Shown: one piece after another, positions 47,233 to 57,968 of the stretch
Position numbering within the stretch: position 1 is the stretch's first letter
How the letters are laid out: each line of letters begins with the position of its first letter
Origin: a bacterium
GTDB lineage: Bacteria; Hinthialibacterota; Hinthialibacteria; Hinthialibacterales; Hinthialibacteraceae
Assembly: GCA_963663405.2 (NCBI GenBank)
Contig: CAXXSM010000100.1
Coordinates: 6,351 to 70,350, forward strand
Length of the DNA stretch: 64,000 nucleotides
Direction: 5' to 3'
Made by a program: the position numbers and the translations under genes
Notes under the pieces: model-generated
Database searches by the model: none
Told to the model about the DNA's origin: nothing
The model's input: the letters and a program-made list of their open reading frames with translations, nothing else

Positions 47233-47964
47233 ATGCCCTATTTACACACCGAAGCCATCACATTGCGGCGGCGGCGTACCCGTGACGCGGACGCGCTTGT
47301 CACACTTTACACGTGCGAAAGCGGAAAAATCACCGTTTCCACTCGTGGTGTTCTGAAACCCACCAGCCGCCGAGCCGGAGTCACGCAGCCCTTCAACCAT
47401 CTCCACACAATCCTCTACGCCAAAAACGAAAACCAGGAAATCTGGACACTTACACAAGTATCTCTTATCCGCCAATATCCCACCATCCAAAACGATCTCA
47501 CCCGGCTCTCCTATACGTCCTGCGTTGCTGAGTGGATCGATCTATTGAGCGGAGAATTCGCTCCGGGCCCCACCATCTGGGAACTTCTGTTAGATCTTCT
47601 CGAACGCTGGGAAAAGAAGGTCCCTGCGGATGAAGAACTGTTTTTCTATCAATGGCGCCTGTTGTCCTGCGCGGGGATTCAACCAGCGGTTCACCCGTGT
47701 TGGAAATGCGGTCGGTTTGAATCGAAGGATTGGCGCTATCAACCGGACGCGGGAGCGGTTTTTTGTGAAACATGTTCTTCAGGAGGCGTTCCACTCAGCG
47801 GCGGCGCGGTCCAAGCGCTGCGAAAGATGGCGAATTCAACAGCGCCTCCTCCCATGAGGCTCTCCACAACACAAAAAAAAGAGATTGGCCTTGTTTTAAA
47901 CAAACATCTCGAATACCACGGTGGAGCGCAAGCGAAAACACAACTCCTGCGGCCATCCCGCTAG
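47233..47964 (+). CDS. recO: DNA repair protein RecO
   Basis: N-terminal OB-fold pattern (..EAITLRRRRTRDADALVTLYT..GKI..) and a CxxC...CxxC zinc motif (CWKCGR..CETCSS). Confidence 0.8.
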   Translation: MPYLHTEAITLRRRRTRDADALVTLYTCESGKITVSTRGVLKPTSRRAGVTQPFNHLHTILYAKNENQEIWTLTQVSLIRQYPTIQNDLTRLSYTSCVAEWIDLLSGEFAPGPTIWELLLDLLERWEKKVPADEELFFYQWRLLSCAGIQPAVHPCWKCGRFESKDWRYQPDAGAVFCETCSSGGVPLSGGAVQALRKMANSTAPPPMRLSTTQKKEIGLVLNKHLEYHGGAQAKTQLLRPSR

Positions 47965-48072
47965 CGCTCGTTTTAGGATGGGGATTATAATAAAAATACT
48001 GTGCGTGATTCGCAACTGATCCTTTCATGATTCCTTGCGAACGATTGTTTAATTTGAGGAGCGTCGATCTAT

Positions 48073-49392
48073 ATGAAACCCATTCTCGTTCTTGGCATTG
48101 GTCCACTGAGTATCGACGATTCTCAAAAATTCCACAGTGGAGGGAACCGCGCCTGGCATTTGACCAAACCGCTGTTGGATGAAGGTCTAGACGTTGTCTT
48201 AATCTGCATGCGTATCACAGACAAGAAAGCGCAAGAGCGCCCTAAAGAAGAACGCCGCCAGCAAGGAACCTTGACTTATTATAGTGTGGATGAATTGACC
48301 TGTTTCGCCGATGACGCCTACCTGCGCGCTAAAATTGAAGAACACAATCCCTGCGCGATCGTAGGCGCTTGTAGCTATCCAGCAGCGCGGGCTGCGTTGG
48401 TGGCGGGCACCCTTCCCGTTTGGGCGGATATCCACGGTTACCCAATGGGCGAAGCCCAAGCGAAAGCGTACCATTACCTGGAACCGGGCTTTATCCATCA
48501 TTTCTGGAACATCCACCGGCCGGCGCTGTTTCGCGCCGATCGCTTTTCCATCACATCGGAACGTCAACGCTTCGCCCTGATCGGTGAATTGGGAACTATG
48601 GGACGTTTAAACGGCAATATATTCGGGGAAAACCTGGTCGAAACCATCCCAATCGCATGGGATCCCCAGACGCCCTTTCATCCCCGGACACGGAGCAAAG
48701 ACGATCCGTTTTACGTCTTCTTCAGTGGGGGATACAATCTCTGGTGTGACGTTGACACATTGTTCAAAGCGTTGGAAACGGCGATGGAGCGCGATTCCCG
48801 CATCCATTTTCTCTCGACGGGAGGAGCGATCGACGGTCATGATGAGAAAACTTACCCACGTTTCCAGGCACAGATCGAACGATCCCGATTCCGCGATCGA
48901 TTCGATTTGCGTGGTTGGGTTTCACGGGATGAACTGGAGCAATGCCAAAAACAAGCGCATCTCGGTATCAATGTAGATTTAGATTGCTATGAAACCGTCA
49001 TCGGCGCGCGCAACCGGATCACGGAATTCATGGCGCGGGGGATTCCGGCACTCACCACTCTCGGCACGGAAATCAGCCAGATTCTTTTCTATAAAGGTGG
49101 CGTTTTGACGGCCCCCATCAACGATCCAACCATTTTGGCCAACGAAATGATCCTCGCCGCCAACCATCCAGACAAAATGGAAAGCATGGCGCGACAGGCG
49201 CGGCAGTTGTTTGAACAGCATTACACCTACCAGACCACGACCATCGAATATTTAAAATGGTGCCAATCCCCCGTCCACAGCCGGGATTTTGGAAAAGAAC
49301 CAATCCGCCTCGATTACCGGCGCCCCGGTGAACTTACCACCCACAGCAAAAATCCTATTAAACGAATGCTCCAGAGATTGCTAAAAAAATAA
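48073..49392 (+). CDS. Glycosyltransferase (GT-B, family 1/4-like)
   Basis: ..YVFFSGGYNLWCDVDTL.. and the C-terminal ..NRITEFMARGIPALTT.. E/G-rich motif. Confidence 0.6.
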   Translation: MKPILVLGIGPLSIDDSQKFHSGGNRAWHLTKPLLDEGLDVVLICMRITDKKAQERPKEERRQQGTLTYYSVDELTCFADDAYLRAKIEEHNPCAIVGACSYPAARAALVAGTLPVWADIHGYPMGEAQAKAYHYLEPGFIHHFWNIHRPALFRADRFSITSERQRFALIGELGTMGRLNGNIFGENLVETIPIAWDPQTPFHPRTRSKDDPFYVFFSGGYNLWCDVDTLFKALETAMERDSRIHFLSTGGAIDGHDEKTYPRFQAQIERSRFRDRFDLRGWVSRDELEQCQKQAHLGINVDLDCYETVIGARNRITEFMARGIPALTTLGTEISQILFYKGGVLTAPINDPTILANEMILAANHPDKMESMARQARQLFEQHYTYQTTTIEYLKWCQSPVHSRDFGKEPIRLDYRRPGELTTHSKNPIKRMLQRLLKK

Positions 49393-49400
49393 AACGTCTA

Positions 49401-49658
49401 TCAAGACTCAACATCTGCAGAAGCTTCCTGCTTGATCTGCGCAAATGTCTTGCGGGATAACTCTCCACGTTCCGCGGCTTCTATACGGGGTTGTAACAAA
49501 GTTTCCAATTGCTCTAACGCCTCTCTCTCATTTTGATCCATTTGAGAAGGCAGAGAACGTTCCAAAACATAGTCTTTGATACTTTGTCCACATAAAGCAG
49601 CGGACGCTTTCAAACGTTTATGTTGTTCCGGTGTAATATCAATGGAAAGCCTTGGCAT
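49401..49658 (-). CDS. Ribbon-helix-helix antitoxin-like protein (orphan)
   Basis: MPRLSIDITPEQHKRLKASAALCGQSIKDYVLE. AAGGGGA RBS before the ATG at 49658. Confidence 0.6.
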   Translation of the reverse strand: MPRLSIDITPEQHKRLKASAALCGQSIKDYVLERSLPSQMDQNEREALEQLETLLQPRIEAAERGELSRKTFAQIKQEASADVES

Positions 49659-49856
49659 CGCTTCATCCCCTTTATATGAAAATGAGTTTCCGAGACTTGC
49701 TCGTTTCCGATTACTCCCGCAACTCATTTTCATTTGCAGGTTGTGATCTTAATCATGATGGTTAACATTAATTATTAATTTTAGAGATATTATTTTAGCC
49801 CACAAAACAACATTTGTACAACTTTTGTTGGATAAAATAATGGTCCACGACGGAAA

Positions 49857-50183
49857 TCAATCCTCTTCCAGTTCTTCATAGACAAAAGTCTTCACTTCTT
49901 CCCCTGCGCTCTTCACAGTGACGATTTTTCGCTTATACAATTCTCCTTCATCTTCGTAGTCATCTAGAATCATAAAAGTTTTATCATCTAAACCAAATAT
50001 AATTTCACCTTCAATTTCTCCAGAATCATCTGGATGAATTACAGGATGCCCAAATTTTGGGCTTGTGAACGCGTATCCCTTCAAGATCGCCTTCTTTCTC
50101 CGCTGGAGGCGAAGTCCGGTGATTTCCTCGAATGTTTTTTCATCCAGGAGCGATCCATAGACAAAGAGATTCTTCACATTCAT
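49857..50183 (-). CDS. Gamma-glutamylcyclotransferase (AIG2/GGACT-like) family protein
   Basis: LFVYGSLLDEKTFEEITG.. N-terminal signature. Confidence 0.65.
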   Translation of the reverse strand: MNVKNLFVYGSLLDEKTFEEITGLRLQRRKKAILKGYAFTSPKFGHPVIHPDDSGEIEGEIIFGLDDKTFMILDDYEDEGELYKRKIVTVKSAGEEVKTFVYEELEED

Positions 50184-50188
50184 GGTTC

Positions 50189-51805
50189 CTAACCTTTCTC
50201 CTGGGCGTTTTTATCCGATGTCAACCGCAGTACAACGGAATAGAAAATCTGAGGACGGAAACGAAACATCATACATGGCGGATTGCTGGTCAAAAACGAG
50301 CAGACTGGATCATCCAGGTCCGCCATGATATCCGGCAAAAGAGGGATTGTGATAAATTGCCCTGGATGTGTCACCGGTCCCCATCTCGCCAGTACAGCAT
50401 ATTCAAAATTCTCTTCCAGCCATTCGTATTCACTGGATATTTTTGAATAGGTATTATGTAGAACCAGAATATCCCCTTCCTTTGGTTTGGTTTCATGCAG
50501 TGGAAGGATATCTTCCCGGCCCGACCAGAAGCGCATTTTGACATTATTGGCGTGCCGCCCATAGGTTTCATCGGACAATACCCGTGCGCCCTTGCCCACT
50601 TCGCGCAAAAATCGCGCCGATTCGGCCAAATCCCCAAATGTAGCTCGTTGATAGTACAACACCGCGCCTGTCATCCCACTTAGATTGATGAGAACCAAAC
50701 CGGTCAATCCAACACGAAGGGCTTGATTTTTGATGTTGTCCTTAAGATTGATGAATCCCCGGCCCGCTAAGATACACCACAATGGAACCAATGGAAGCAG
50801 ATACCGGTATTGAAACGATTGAAATACGCTTTGAACAATTAAAAACGTGAGCGCCGCCAAAAGACTGAAATAGAAAAACTGTTTTTCATCCCTACGTCCC
50901 TGAACAAATCGAAATCCACCGATTATCCCTAAAATAAACAAACAATACGTCACCGCCCAAGGCCAATATAAAACGAATCCTTCAAACATTAAAAAATAGG
51001 AGACTATTGTATTCCAAAGACCATAAGACGCGCGTTCAGTAAATTGTCCAACATGCCCAAATCCCCGGCTCAGAATCCAGGCTCCTAAAAGCAGCCACGG
51101 CAGGAGAGCGAATCCCGTTTTGATTATGGTCATGAGAATCGTGGATTGTTTCTCGGATCGTTCGATTGAATCCACTGTGTCTGGTGAATCGGATGAGATA
51201 CGGGAGTTAAATAAAAAATGTCTTATAATCAAATACCCGGCGCAAAGCAGGAAAAAGAAGGCTTGATATCGGACCAGCGAGGCGAATCCTGTTAATCCGA
51301 TTAATTCCAGCCACGAGCGCCGGGAATCGGAAAGCGCCTTAAAAAAGACCCAGCAACAGCCAATAAAGAAAAGACAGAAAAGCGAATCCGTCATGACACG
51401 AAGCGACCAGCGGTTGAAAATTGGAGAAAGCGCCAGGAACAGCGTTGCCCAAAACGCCTCCCGTTCGTTCTTTAGAAGAAATTTTGCAAATGGATAGAAC
51501 ACAATCAACGCGGCCGTGGATGCGAGAATAGAGACCAACCGGCCAGCGAGCAGGGGGGAGCCCATCAAAGGTTCAAAAATCCATGTCAGCGCGGAATAAC
51601 CCGGGGGGAAAAAAACTATGGGACTTTCCCACAGCCGCAGCTGAATAATCCCATCCGTGTATTCTCCCATGTTGAGATTAATGAGACCGAGTTTCACAAG
51701 AAGCGAAAGAAGAACGATCCCTAAAACCGGAAGGGGGAATTCACCTTTCCGGTCAGGTATGTTCTCCGTTGAAATCCTGGATGTAAAAGAATGTATGCTT
51801 GACAT
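50189..51805 (-). CDS. Polytopic membrane glycosyltransferase (GT39/GT83, ArnT/PMT-like)
   Basis: Many TM helices and an early loop ..FPPGYSALTW.. . 538 aa, intact. Confidence 0.55.
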   Translation of the reverse strand: MSSIHSFTSRISTENIPDRKGEFPLPVLGIVLLSLLVKLGLINLNMGEYTDGIIQLRLWESPIVFFPPGYSALTWIFEPLMGSPLLAGRLVSILASTAALIVFYPFAKFLLKNEREAFWATLFLALSPIFNRWSLRVMTDSLFCLFFIGCCWVFFKALSDSRRSWLELIGLTGFASLVRYQAFFFLLCAGYLIIRHFLFNSRISSDSPDTVDSIERSEKQSTILMTIIKTGFALLPWLLLGAWILSRGFGHVGQFTERASYGLWNTIVSYFLMFEGFVLYWPWAVTYCLFILGIIGGFRFVQGRRDEKQFFYFSLLAALTFLIVQSVFQSFQYRYLLPLVPLWCILAGRGFINLKDNIKNQALRVGLTGLVLINLSGMTGAVLYYQRATFGDLAESARFLREVGKGARVLSDETYGRHANNVKMRFWSGREDILPLHETKPKEGDILVLHNTYSKISSEYEWLEENFEYAVLARWGPVTHPGQFITIPLLPDIMADLDDPVCSFLTSNPPCMMFRFRPQIFYSVVLRLTSDKNAQEKG

Positions 51806-52384
51806 AACTCGTTTAATTGGTTAAGTTTATTATTCGAACAATCAAATCCGCCTTGATTCCGCGGCGTGTTTGTGGTTCAAGGTTATATTGAGGGCTAGTA
51901 TAGACGAAACGGCAAAAAACAAAACTGAAATATTCGCTTATAAAATTAGTATTATTAACTATCTATTATATTAAATTTACCTGAGTTTCGTGTCGAACAG
52001 CGCGAAGCAAGATATGGATGAGCAGCCGTGAAGGCTGTTTTACTGGTTGCAGGTCCGTTTTTCCTCCGCGCCTGGAATGAACTTCAAGTTGTTCGTATCT
52101 TTCGACGCGATGGCGAATATCCCATAAATATTGCATCTGAATACATTTTTAAATGTAAGCGCAGGGTAACATATCCGTAAACACAGAGTAAAATACTCAA
52201 TAAGAATTAAGAATTTTATGGAAATTTAGATTTAATTGATTTGTAATTATGGCGATTACAAATACTTTCTTGTAAAGCAGCCTTCATGGCTGCCCGATCT
52301 TGCGTGAAAACAATCTGAAAGATAAATTCGTAGATTCACTTTGATTGAATCTCAATAAAACCACTTTGAGTCGAGAACAAAAGT

Positions 52385-54178
52385 ATGAGTTTTGAAGCGA
52401 TTTCATCCACGTGTACAACTTTATTCTATTTTTTAGTCGTACTCGGATTGGCGGTCTTTGTACACGAATGGGGGCATTTTATTGTCGCAAAGTTGGCGGG
52501 CGCCAAAGTCGACCGGTTCGCGATCGGATTCGGAAGAGTCGTCTATTCGCGGGTTTGGCATGAAACCGAGTACTGCGTTTGCGTGTTGCCTTTGGGGGGA
52601 TACGTTAAAATCCGTGGAATGGATCCGGAAGAAGAACTCACCGGCGCGGAATTCGAATATTTACAGATTCCACCCTGGAAACGGATTCTTTTCGTGTTCG
52701 CGGGACCATTCATGAATTTCGTTCTCGCCTACCTGATCTACGTATTTCTCCTGGCGTCGTATGGTGAAGCGTATACCGCTACGAAAACTATCGGCCGTGT
52801 CGTGGATGGCTCATGGGGCTGGGAGATGGGCCTGCATGAAGATGACGTGATTCTCGAGGTCAATGGAAATCCAGTTTCTTCCTGGGACGAGATTCTTCAA
52901 TATCAATCCGATCTCAACCGTCCAATCCTCTCCCTCACCATCGAACGAAACGGAGAAACATTTACGCGAGAGAAGCCGATTCCTGAGGGATTCGCGAATC
53001 CCACGGAAGAGATTGAAATACCGGGGGTTTTTGAAGGCATCCTCGTGACCGGTGTGTTGCCAGATGGGGCCGCCGCCCGTGGGGGGCTTGGTGTTGGGTA
53101 TAATATTCTCCGCGTGGATGGCAAATCTCTGGGAACAGACGAAGAATGGTCTAAATACTTTAAATCCCGGTATGAAGAACTCCCAGACGGCAATCATCGA
53201 GCGATCCCCATGGAATTGCTCTGCCTCGATCCACAGGGCGCGACAAAAACCTTAACCGTCAATCCTGACTTGGTTCTCCCGGCGAAAGACGCGGAACCCT
53301 ATCACCCAAAAACCTACTTGGCGATGTCCTATCAGGGAGAAACATCGGTCCGGGAATATTTAACGCCAACGATCCCCCTTTTAGGCGTCTCACCAAAATT
53401 AGCGCCATCCGTCGGCAGTGTTTTGGAAGGCGGACCCGGTGAGACAGCTGGGATCACAGTGGGATCCCGGATCGTCGAGATCGATGGAAAGCCGGTAGAC
53501 GATTGGGTTGACGTGCAATTGGCCATCTATGAAACACTGGAGACACAAGAAGACGGAACCGCAAAAGCCAATCCTATCGAGATCACATGGCACACCCCTG
53601 GTTCAGAAATGAAATCCGCATCCATCACACCGGATGTTATCTACCGGCCCATCATGACCTCCTCCAGCATTAAAACAGGAAAGGAATACGCGCTGGCGCA
53701 GATTGGCCTCGAACGTGAATCGGATCGCCGCAAAATGGGTGTGATCGGAGCCCTCGTTGGGGGATGGAACCGGCTCACTTTTATGGTGAAATTCATGGTT
53801 TCAACGATTTGGAATCTTTTCACTGGAGAAGTTTCCGTTAAAACGCTGGGAGGACCGATCGCCATTTACAATCTGTCGGGTGAAACAGGCCGATGGGGAT
53901 TGGAGCGTTTCTTCAGCTTTATCGCTCTGCTTTCGGCCAATTTGGGGATACTGAATCTCTTCCCGCTTCCTCCTTTTGATGGTGGGCATATTGTATTTTA
54001 TCTTCTTGAAATGATCCGCCGTAAGCCACTGACAATGCGGCAGATGGAAAATTTCGGCCGTATCGGCTTGATTTTAATTCTTCCATTAATCGCGTTTCTA
54101 TTTTGGAACGACCTCAATCGAGTTAATTTTTTCTCTAACGTAGGTGAATTTTTTATGAAAGTGTTTGGTAAGTCATGA
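52385..54178 (+). CDS. rseP: RIP metalloprotease RseP (site-2 protease, M50) with PDZ domains
   Basis: HEWGHFIVAK (HExxH) and the C-terminal NLFPLPPFDGGHI. Confidence 0.9.
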   Translation: MSFEAISSTCTTLFYFLVVLGLAVFVHEWGHFIVAKLAGAKVDRFAIGFGRVVYSRVWHETEYCVCVLPLGGYVKIRGMDPEEELTGAEFEYLQIPPWKRILFVFAGPFMNFVLAYLIYVFLLASYGEAYTATKTIGRVVDGSWGWEMGLHEDDVILEVNGNPVSSWDEILQYQSDLNRPILSLTIERNGETFTREKPIPEGFANPTEEIEIPGVFEGILVTGVLPDGAAARGGLGVGYNILRVDGKSLGTDEEWSKYFKSRYEELPDGNHRAIPMELLCLDPQGATKTLTVNPDLVLPAKDAEPYHPKTYLAMSYQGETSVREYLTPTIPLLGVSPKLAPSVGSVLEGGPGETAGITVGSRIVEIDGKPVDDWVDVQLAIYETLETQEDGTAKANPIEITWHTPGSEMKSASITPDVIYRPIMTSSSIKTGKEYALAQIGLERESDRRKMGVIGALVGGWNRLTFMVKFMVSTIWNLFTGEVSVKTLGGPIAIYNLSGETGRWGLERFFSFIALLSANLGILNLFPLPPFDGGHIVFYLLEMIRRKPLTMRQMENFGRIGLILILPLIAFLFWNDLNRVNFFSNVGEFFMKVFGKS

Positions 54179-55908
54179 GGCAATCCATAGGTTTTTTTCC
54201 GACCTTACGCGAAGTCCCTAAAGAAGCGGAAGCAAAAAGTCACATTTTAATGTTACGAGCCGGTCTGATCCGGCAATTGGCGGCGGGATTGTATCTCTAC
54301 CTCCCGCTTGGTTGGCGCGCGTTACGGAAAGTCGAACAGATTGTGCGGGAAGAGATGGACGCGGCCGGCGCCATTGAAGTGCTGATGCCGGCTCTTCAAC
54401 CCGATGAACTCTGGGATAAGACGGGACGATTGCAAGCGATCGGACCTGAAATGATGCGGCTCAACGACCGCAACGACCGTTCTTTCGTTCTCGGCCCCAC
54501 ACACGAAGAGGTAATTACGCATATTATTGCAGGGGAACTGCGCTCTTACCGCGATCTCCCTAAAAATATGTATCAAATTCAGACGAAATTCCGTGACGAG
54601 CTTCGTCCGCGTTTCGGTGTGGTCCGCGCGCGTGAGTTTATCATGAAGGATGGTTATTCGTTCGATGTGGACGAGGAATCCGCCAAACATTCCTATCAAA
54701 GTATGTATGAGGCGTACAAAAAAGCTTTCAAGCGATGTGGCTTGACAGCCATTCCCGTTGAAGCGGATACCGGCGTCATGGGAGGCGCTCTTTCACATGA
54801 ATTCATGGTTCCAGCGGAAATCGGGGAAGCGGAAGTCGTCACCTGTTCCGCCTGCGGTTACCAAGCGAACCGGGAATTGACGGAATCCGCAATCCCGCAG
54901 GAAAACGCCCCGGATAGCGCTTCCATCCCTCCGGTCGAGGAAGTCCATACTCCCGATCTTCGCACGGTGGAAGAGGTCGCGGAGTTTATGAAAACCACGC
55001 CCAGCCAGATGATCAAAACCATGATCTTCAAATCCGGCGATCAGCCGTATGTCATTCTGCTGCGTGGCGACCATACCATCAATGAAGCTAAAGTGGCGAA
55101 AGCCGTGGGTGGACCGGTCGAGATGGCCGATCCGGAATTAATCTACAAGGTCACAAACGCCCCCGTCGGATTTGCGGGTCCAGTAGGTCTTAATGGTATA
55201 GAGATTTGGGCCGATCATCATATTAAAACAATCCCAAGCGGTGTGACAGGAGCAAATAAAAAAGACTATCACATTCGAAACGCCGCGCTCGGACGTGACT
55301 ATAAAGTCAACCGTTGGGAAGATTTCCGCGCCGTGGACGCGGATGATCCTTGCCCAAAATGTGTGAGTGGAAAACTTGCAATCAGCTGGGGCATCGAAAT
55401 TGGTCATGTCTTTGTACTTGGCACAAAATATAGTGTCGCCCTCGACGCGTACTTCACCGACGAGAAGGGAAACCGGAAACCGATGGTCATGGGATGCTAT
55501 GGAATCGGGATCAGCCGTACCCTCGCGGCGGCGATCGAAGAGCACGCCGACGAAAATGGAATTGTATGGCCGGTATCGATTGCTCCATATCACGTTCATA
55601 TTCTTAACCTTACGCCAAAGAATGACGAAGTCAACCAAGTTTCGAACCAACTTTACGAAACCTTCCAGCAACATGGTTTGGAAGTTTTAATGGACGACCG
55701 TGACGAACGACCCGGCAGTAAGTTTAAAGACTCGGATCTTCTCGGATTGCCATATAGAGTTGTCATCGGTGAAAAGGGATTGCGTGACGGGAAGGTCGAA
55801 TTTGTCGAACGCAAAACCTTGGCGATGGAAAAATTGACGCCGGATGAATGTGTCAAAACCGTCCTGCAGAAATACGAACAAGAATCTACAGCATTGAAGA
55901 GTGTTTAA
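54175..55908 (+). CDS. proS: Proline--tRNA ligase
   Basis: ..QTKFRDELRPRFGVVRAREFIMKDGYSF.. class II motif 2, an insertion/editing domain, and a C-terminal anticodon-binding region. Confidence 0.93.
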   Translation: MRQSIGFFPTLREVPKEAEAKSHILMLRAGLIRQLAAGLYLYLPLGWRALRKVEQIVREEMDAAGAIEVLMPALQPDELWDKTGRLQAIGPEMMRLNDRNDRSFVLGPTHEEVITHIIAGELRSYRDLPKNMYQIQTKFRDELRPRFGVVRAREFIMKDGYSFDVDEESAKHSYQSMYEAYKKAFKRCGLTAIPVEADTGVMGGALSHEFMVPAEIGEAEVVTCSACGYQANRELTESAIPQENAPDSASIPPVEEVHTPDLRTVEEVAEFMKTTPSQMIKTMIFKSGDQPYVILLRGDHTINEAKVAKAVGGPVEMADPELIYKVTNAPVGFAGPVGLNGIEIWADHHIKTIPSGVTGANKKDYHIRNAALGRDYKVNRWEDFRAVDADDPCPKCVSGKLAISWGIEIGHVFVLGTKYSVALDAYFTDEKGNRKPMVMGCYGIGISRTLAAAIEEHADENGIVWPVSIAPYHVHILNLTPKNDEVNQVSNQLYETFQQHGLEVLMDDRDERPGSKFKDSDLLGLPYRVVIGEKGLRDGKVEFVERKTLAMEKLTPDECVKTVLQKYEQESTALKSV

Positions 55909-55954
55909 TACTAGGGGATTAGGTAGAAGGCTGAAGACTGAAGGAAGACGAAAA

Positions 55955-55987
55955 GCCCAGGGCTTGCCCTGGGCGTTGTGTTTTTTT
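55955..55987 (+). terminator. Intrinsic terminator after proS
   Basis: GCCCAGGGC-TT-GCCCTGGGC followed by GTTGTGTTTTTTT. Confidence 0.75.
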
Positions 55988-56012
55988 GATTGAAGCCGGT
56001 GGTTGGTTAAAA

Positions 56013-56966
56013 ATGCTAAAAGTCATATCCGCAATCGATGATTGTTCATTCGATAAGAGTGACAATGTTGTAACCGCCTTGGGATTCTTTGATGGGCTCC
56101 ATTTGGCGCACCGCCGCATCGTGGAAGAATGTAAACGACGCGCGCGGGCCCGTAATGGCTTATGCGTTGTATTTACGTTTCAGAACCATCCCTCCTCTAT
56201 CTTAACTCCTGATTTTTCAACCCATTTACTCACTCCTTATCCACTCAAACTGAAACTATTGGAAGCGATGGAAGTCGACGTGGTAATCGGCGTTCCATTT
56301 GACATGACGTTCAGCCATACAGAAGCGGAGAATTTCATCGATCGGATTTTATGCGAGAAATTGAAAACGCATGAGATTGTGGTTGGATACGATTTCCATT
56401 TTGGCCGGGAGCGGAAAGGAACCGCCGCTCTTCTGCAGTCATACGTTCCCAGCGAGTTTGATGAAGTCACCGTCATCGAACAAATGCGCCTGGAAAATGA
56501 CACCATCAGCAGCACGAACATCCGCCGTTCCATCCAACTCGGTGAACTGGATCGAGCCGCTAATTTACTTGGGCGGCCCTACCAACTTTATGGCCAAGTT
56601 ACCGAAGGCGACGGACGTGGGCGTGAGATCGGATTTCCCACCGCCAATCTCAATACATCCGGCCAAATTCTACCCCCAAAAGGCGTCTATGGCGTCCGTT
56701 TCCGGAAAGAATCCATCAACGCGCAAGGCGAATGGGGAGTCATGAACGTAGGAACAATTCCAACATTCAAAGAAGGAGAACAACTCTCCGTCGAAATCCA
56801 CCTTCTCGACAGCAACGAAAACCTCTACGGAATCACCGCGATTGTAGATATCCTCCAATTCATCCGCCCCGAACAGAAATTCCCCAATCCCAACGCGCTG
56901 ATTGCGCAAATTCACTCCGATATACAGACCTTCCGGGATTGGATTGAGATTCATGACGGCAAATGA
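56013..56966 (+). CDS. ribF: Bifunctional riboflavin kinase / FAD synthetase
   Basis: ..GFFDGLHLAHRRIV.., ..SSTNIRRSI.., ..GDGRGREIGFPTANL.. . Confidence 0.9.
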   Translation: MLKVISAIDDCSFDKSDNVVTALGFFDGLHLAHRRIVEECKRRARARNGLCVVFTFQNHPSSILTPDFSTHLLTPYPLKLKLLEAMEVDVVIGVPFDMTFSHTEAENFIDRILCEKLKTHEIVVGYDFHFGRERKGTAALLQSYVPSEFDEVTVIEQMRLENDTISSTNIRRSIQLGELDRAANLLGRPYQLYGQVTEGDGRGREIGFPTANLNTSGQILPPKGVYGVRFRKESINAQGEWGVMNVGTIPTFKEGEQLSVEIHLLDSNENLYGITAIVDILQFIRPEQKFPNPNALIAQIHSDIQTFRDWIEIHDGK

Positions 56967-57220
56967 GTTTGATGATGTCATGCTTAATTCTAAGACGCTT
57001 TTTTTGTTAATCTTTGGTGAAATCTGATAATCGGCGCTAAAATAGGAATCAATCACCTTTTACTCGATTCTCCATGTCTAAACACTATTTGATGAGAGCA
57101 ATGCAACAAGAATAGTTGGCAATACGAAATCCATAGCCTCGTCTCTTCGCGCCGCTTTAACGAGTGGAACCTTTTGTTAATGTAAAACTAACAATTAAGT
57201 CTTAAAAGGTATGATGGATA

Positions 57221-57832
57221 ATGATTGCAAATTGGATGAAGAATAAGTATGAGCGCGCTTTCACACTTATCGAACTTCTTATTGTCGTCGCGATTATAGG
57301 GATTCTGGCCGCGATCGCTGTTCCCAATTTTTTACAAGCGCAGATTCGCGCAAAAATTTCCAGAGCCGCCAGCGATCAACGGACTATATCAGTCGCGTTG
57401 GATAATTATTTTCTCGACCATAACTCGTATCCACCAGAACGCGCCACCAGCGCCAATTACATGAGAGGGTATACGTATCTAAGCACACCCGTGGCCTATT
57501 TAAACAATATTTTGCTCGATCCTTTTGGACTTAGTAACCTCAGCGATTCACAACGCGGCGACGATTTCGACGCGCAATACGAGTTCTATGTAACCCGCCT
57601 AAGCGGTAACGCCAATAACATGTTCAACATTGAAAGCGTCGGCCCTGATGGATTCGATGACTTTCAACCTACAAGTTCCTATCCATCTCATCCCGCCAGT
57701 TTTGATTTTTACGATTCCAGCAACGGTATTCACAGCAAAGGCGATATTATCAGGGCCGGTGGTATTTTCCTCCCCCGATGGTACAAAGAACGAAAAGGGG
57801 GTTCCGCAACAACAGGACAAGACTGGATTTAG
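57221..57832 (+). CDS. Type II secretion / type IV pilin-like protein (prepilin-type N-terminal methylation domain)
   Basis: ..RAFTLIELLIVVAIIGILAAIAVPNF.. . Confidence 0.85.
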   Translation: MIANWMKNKYERAFTLIELLIVVAIIGILAAIAVPNFLQAQIRAKISRAASDQRTISVALDNYFLDHNSYPPERATSANYMRGYTYLSTPVAYLNNILLDPFGLSNLSDSQRGDDFDAQYEFYVTRLSGNANNMFNIESVGPDGFDDFQPTSSYPSHPASFDFYDSSNGIHSKGDIIRAGGIFLPRWYKERKGGSATTGQDWI

Positions 57833-57968
57833 TATAGTTTCGTCATACAAATCCTTTTTGCCGCCGCATCATCCAACATCTCTATCAATACAGAGAATCT
57901 AAGGTATATAATTCATCTATAGGCTTCCACCATCATCAGAGAATCAAATCGTTGAAAGTGGCCGTACG

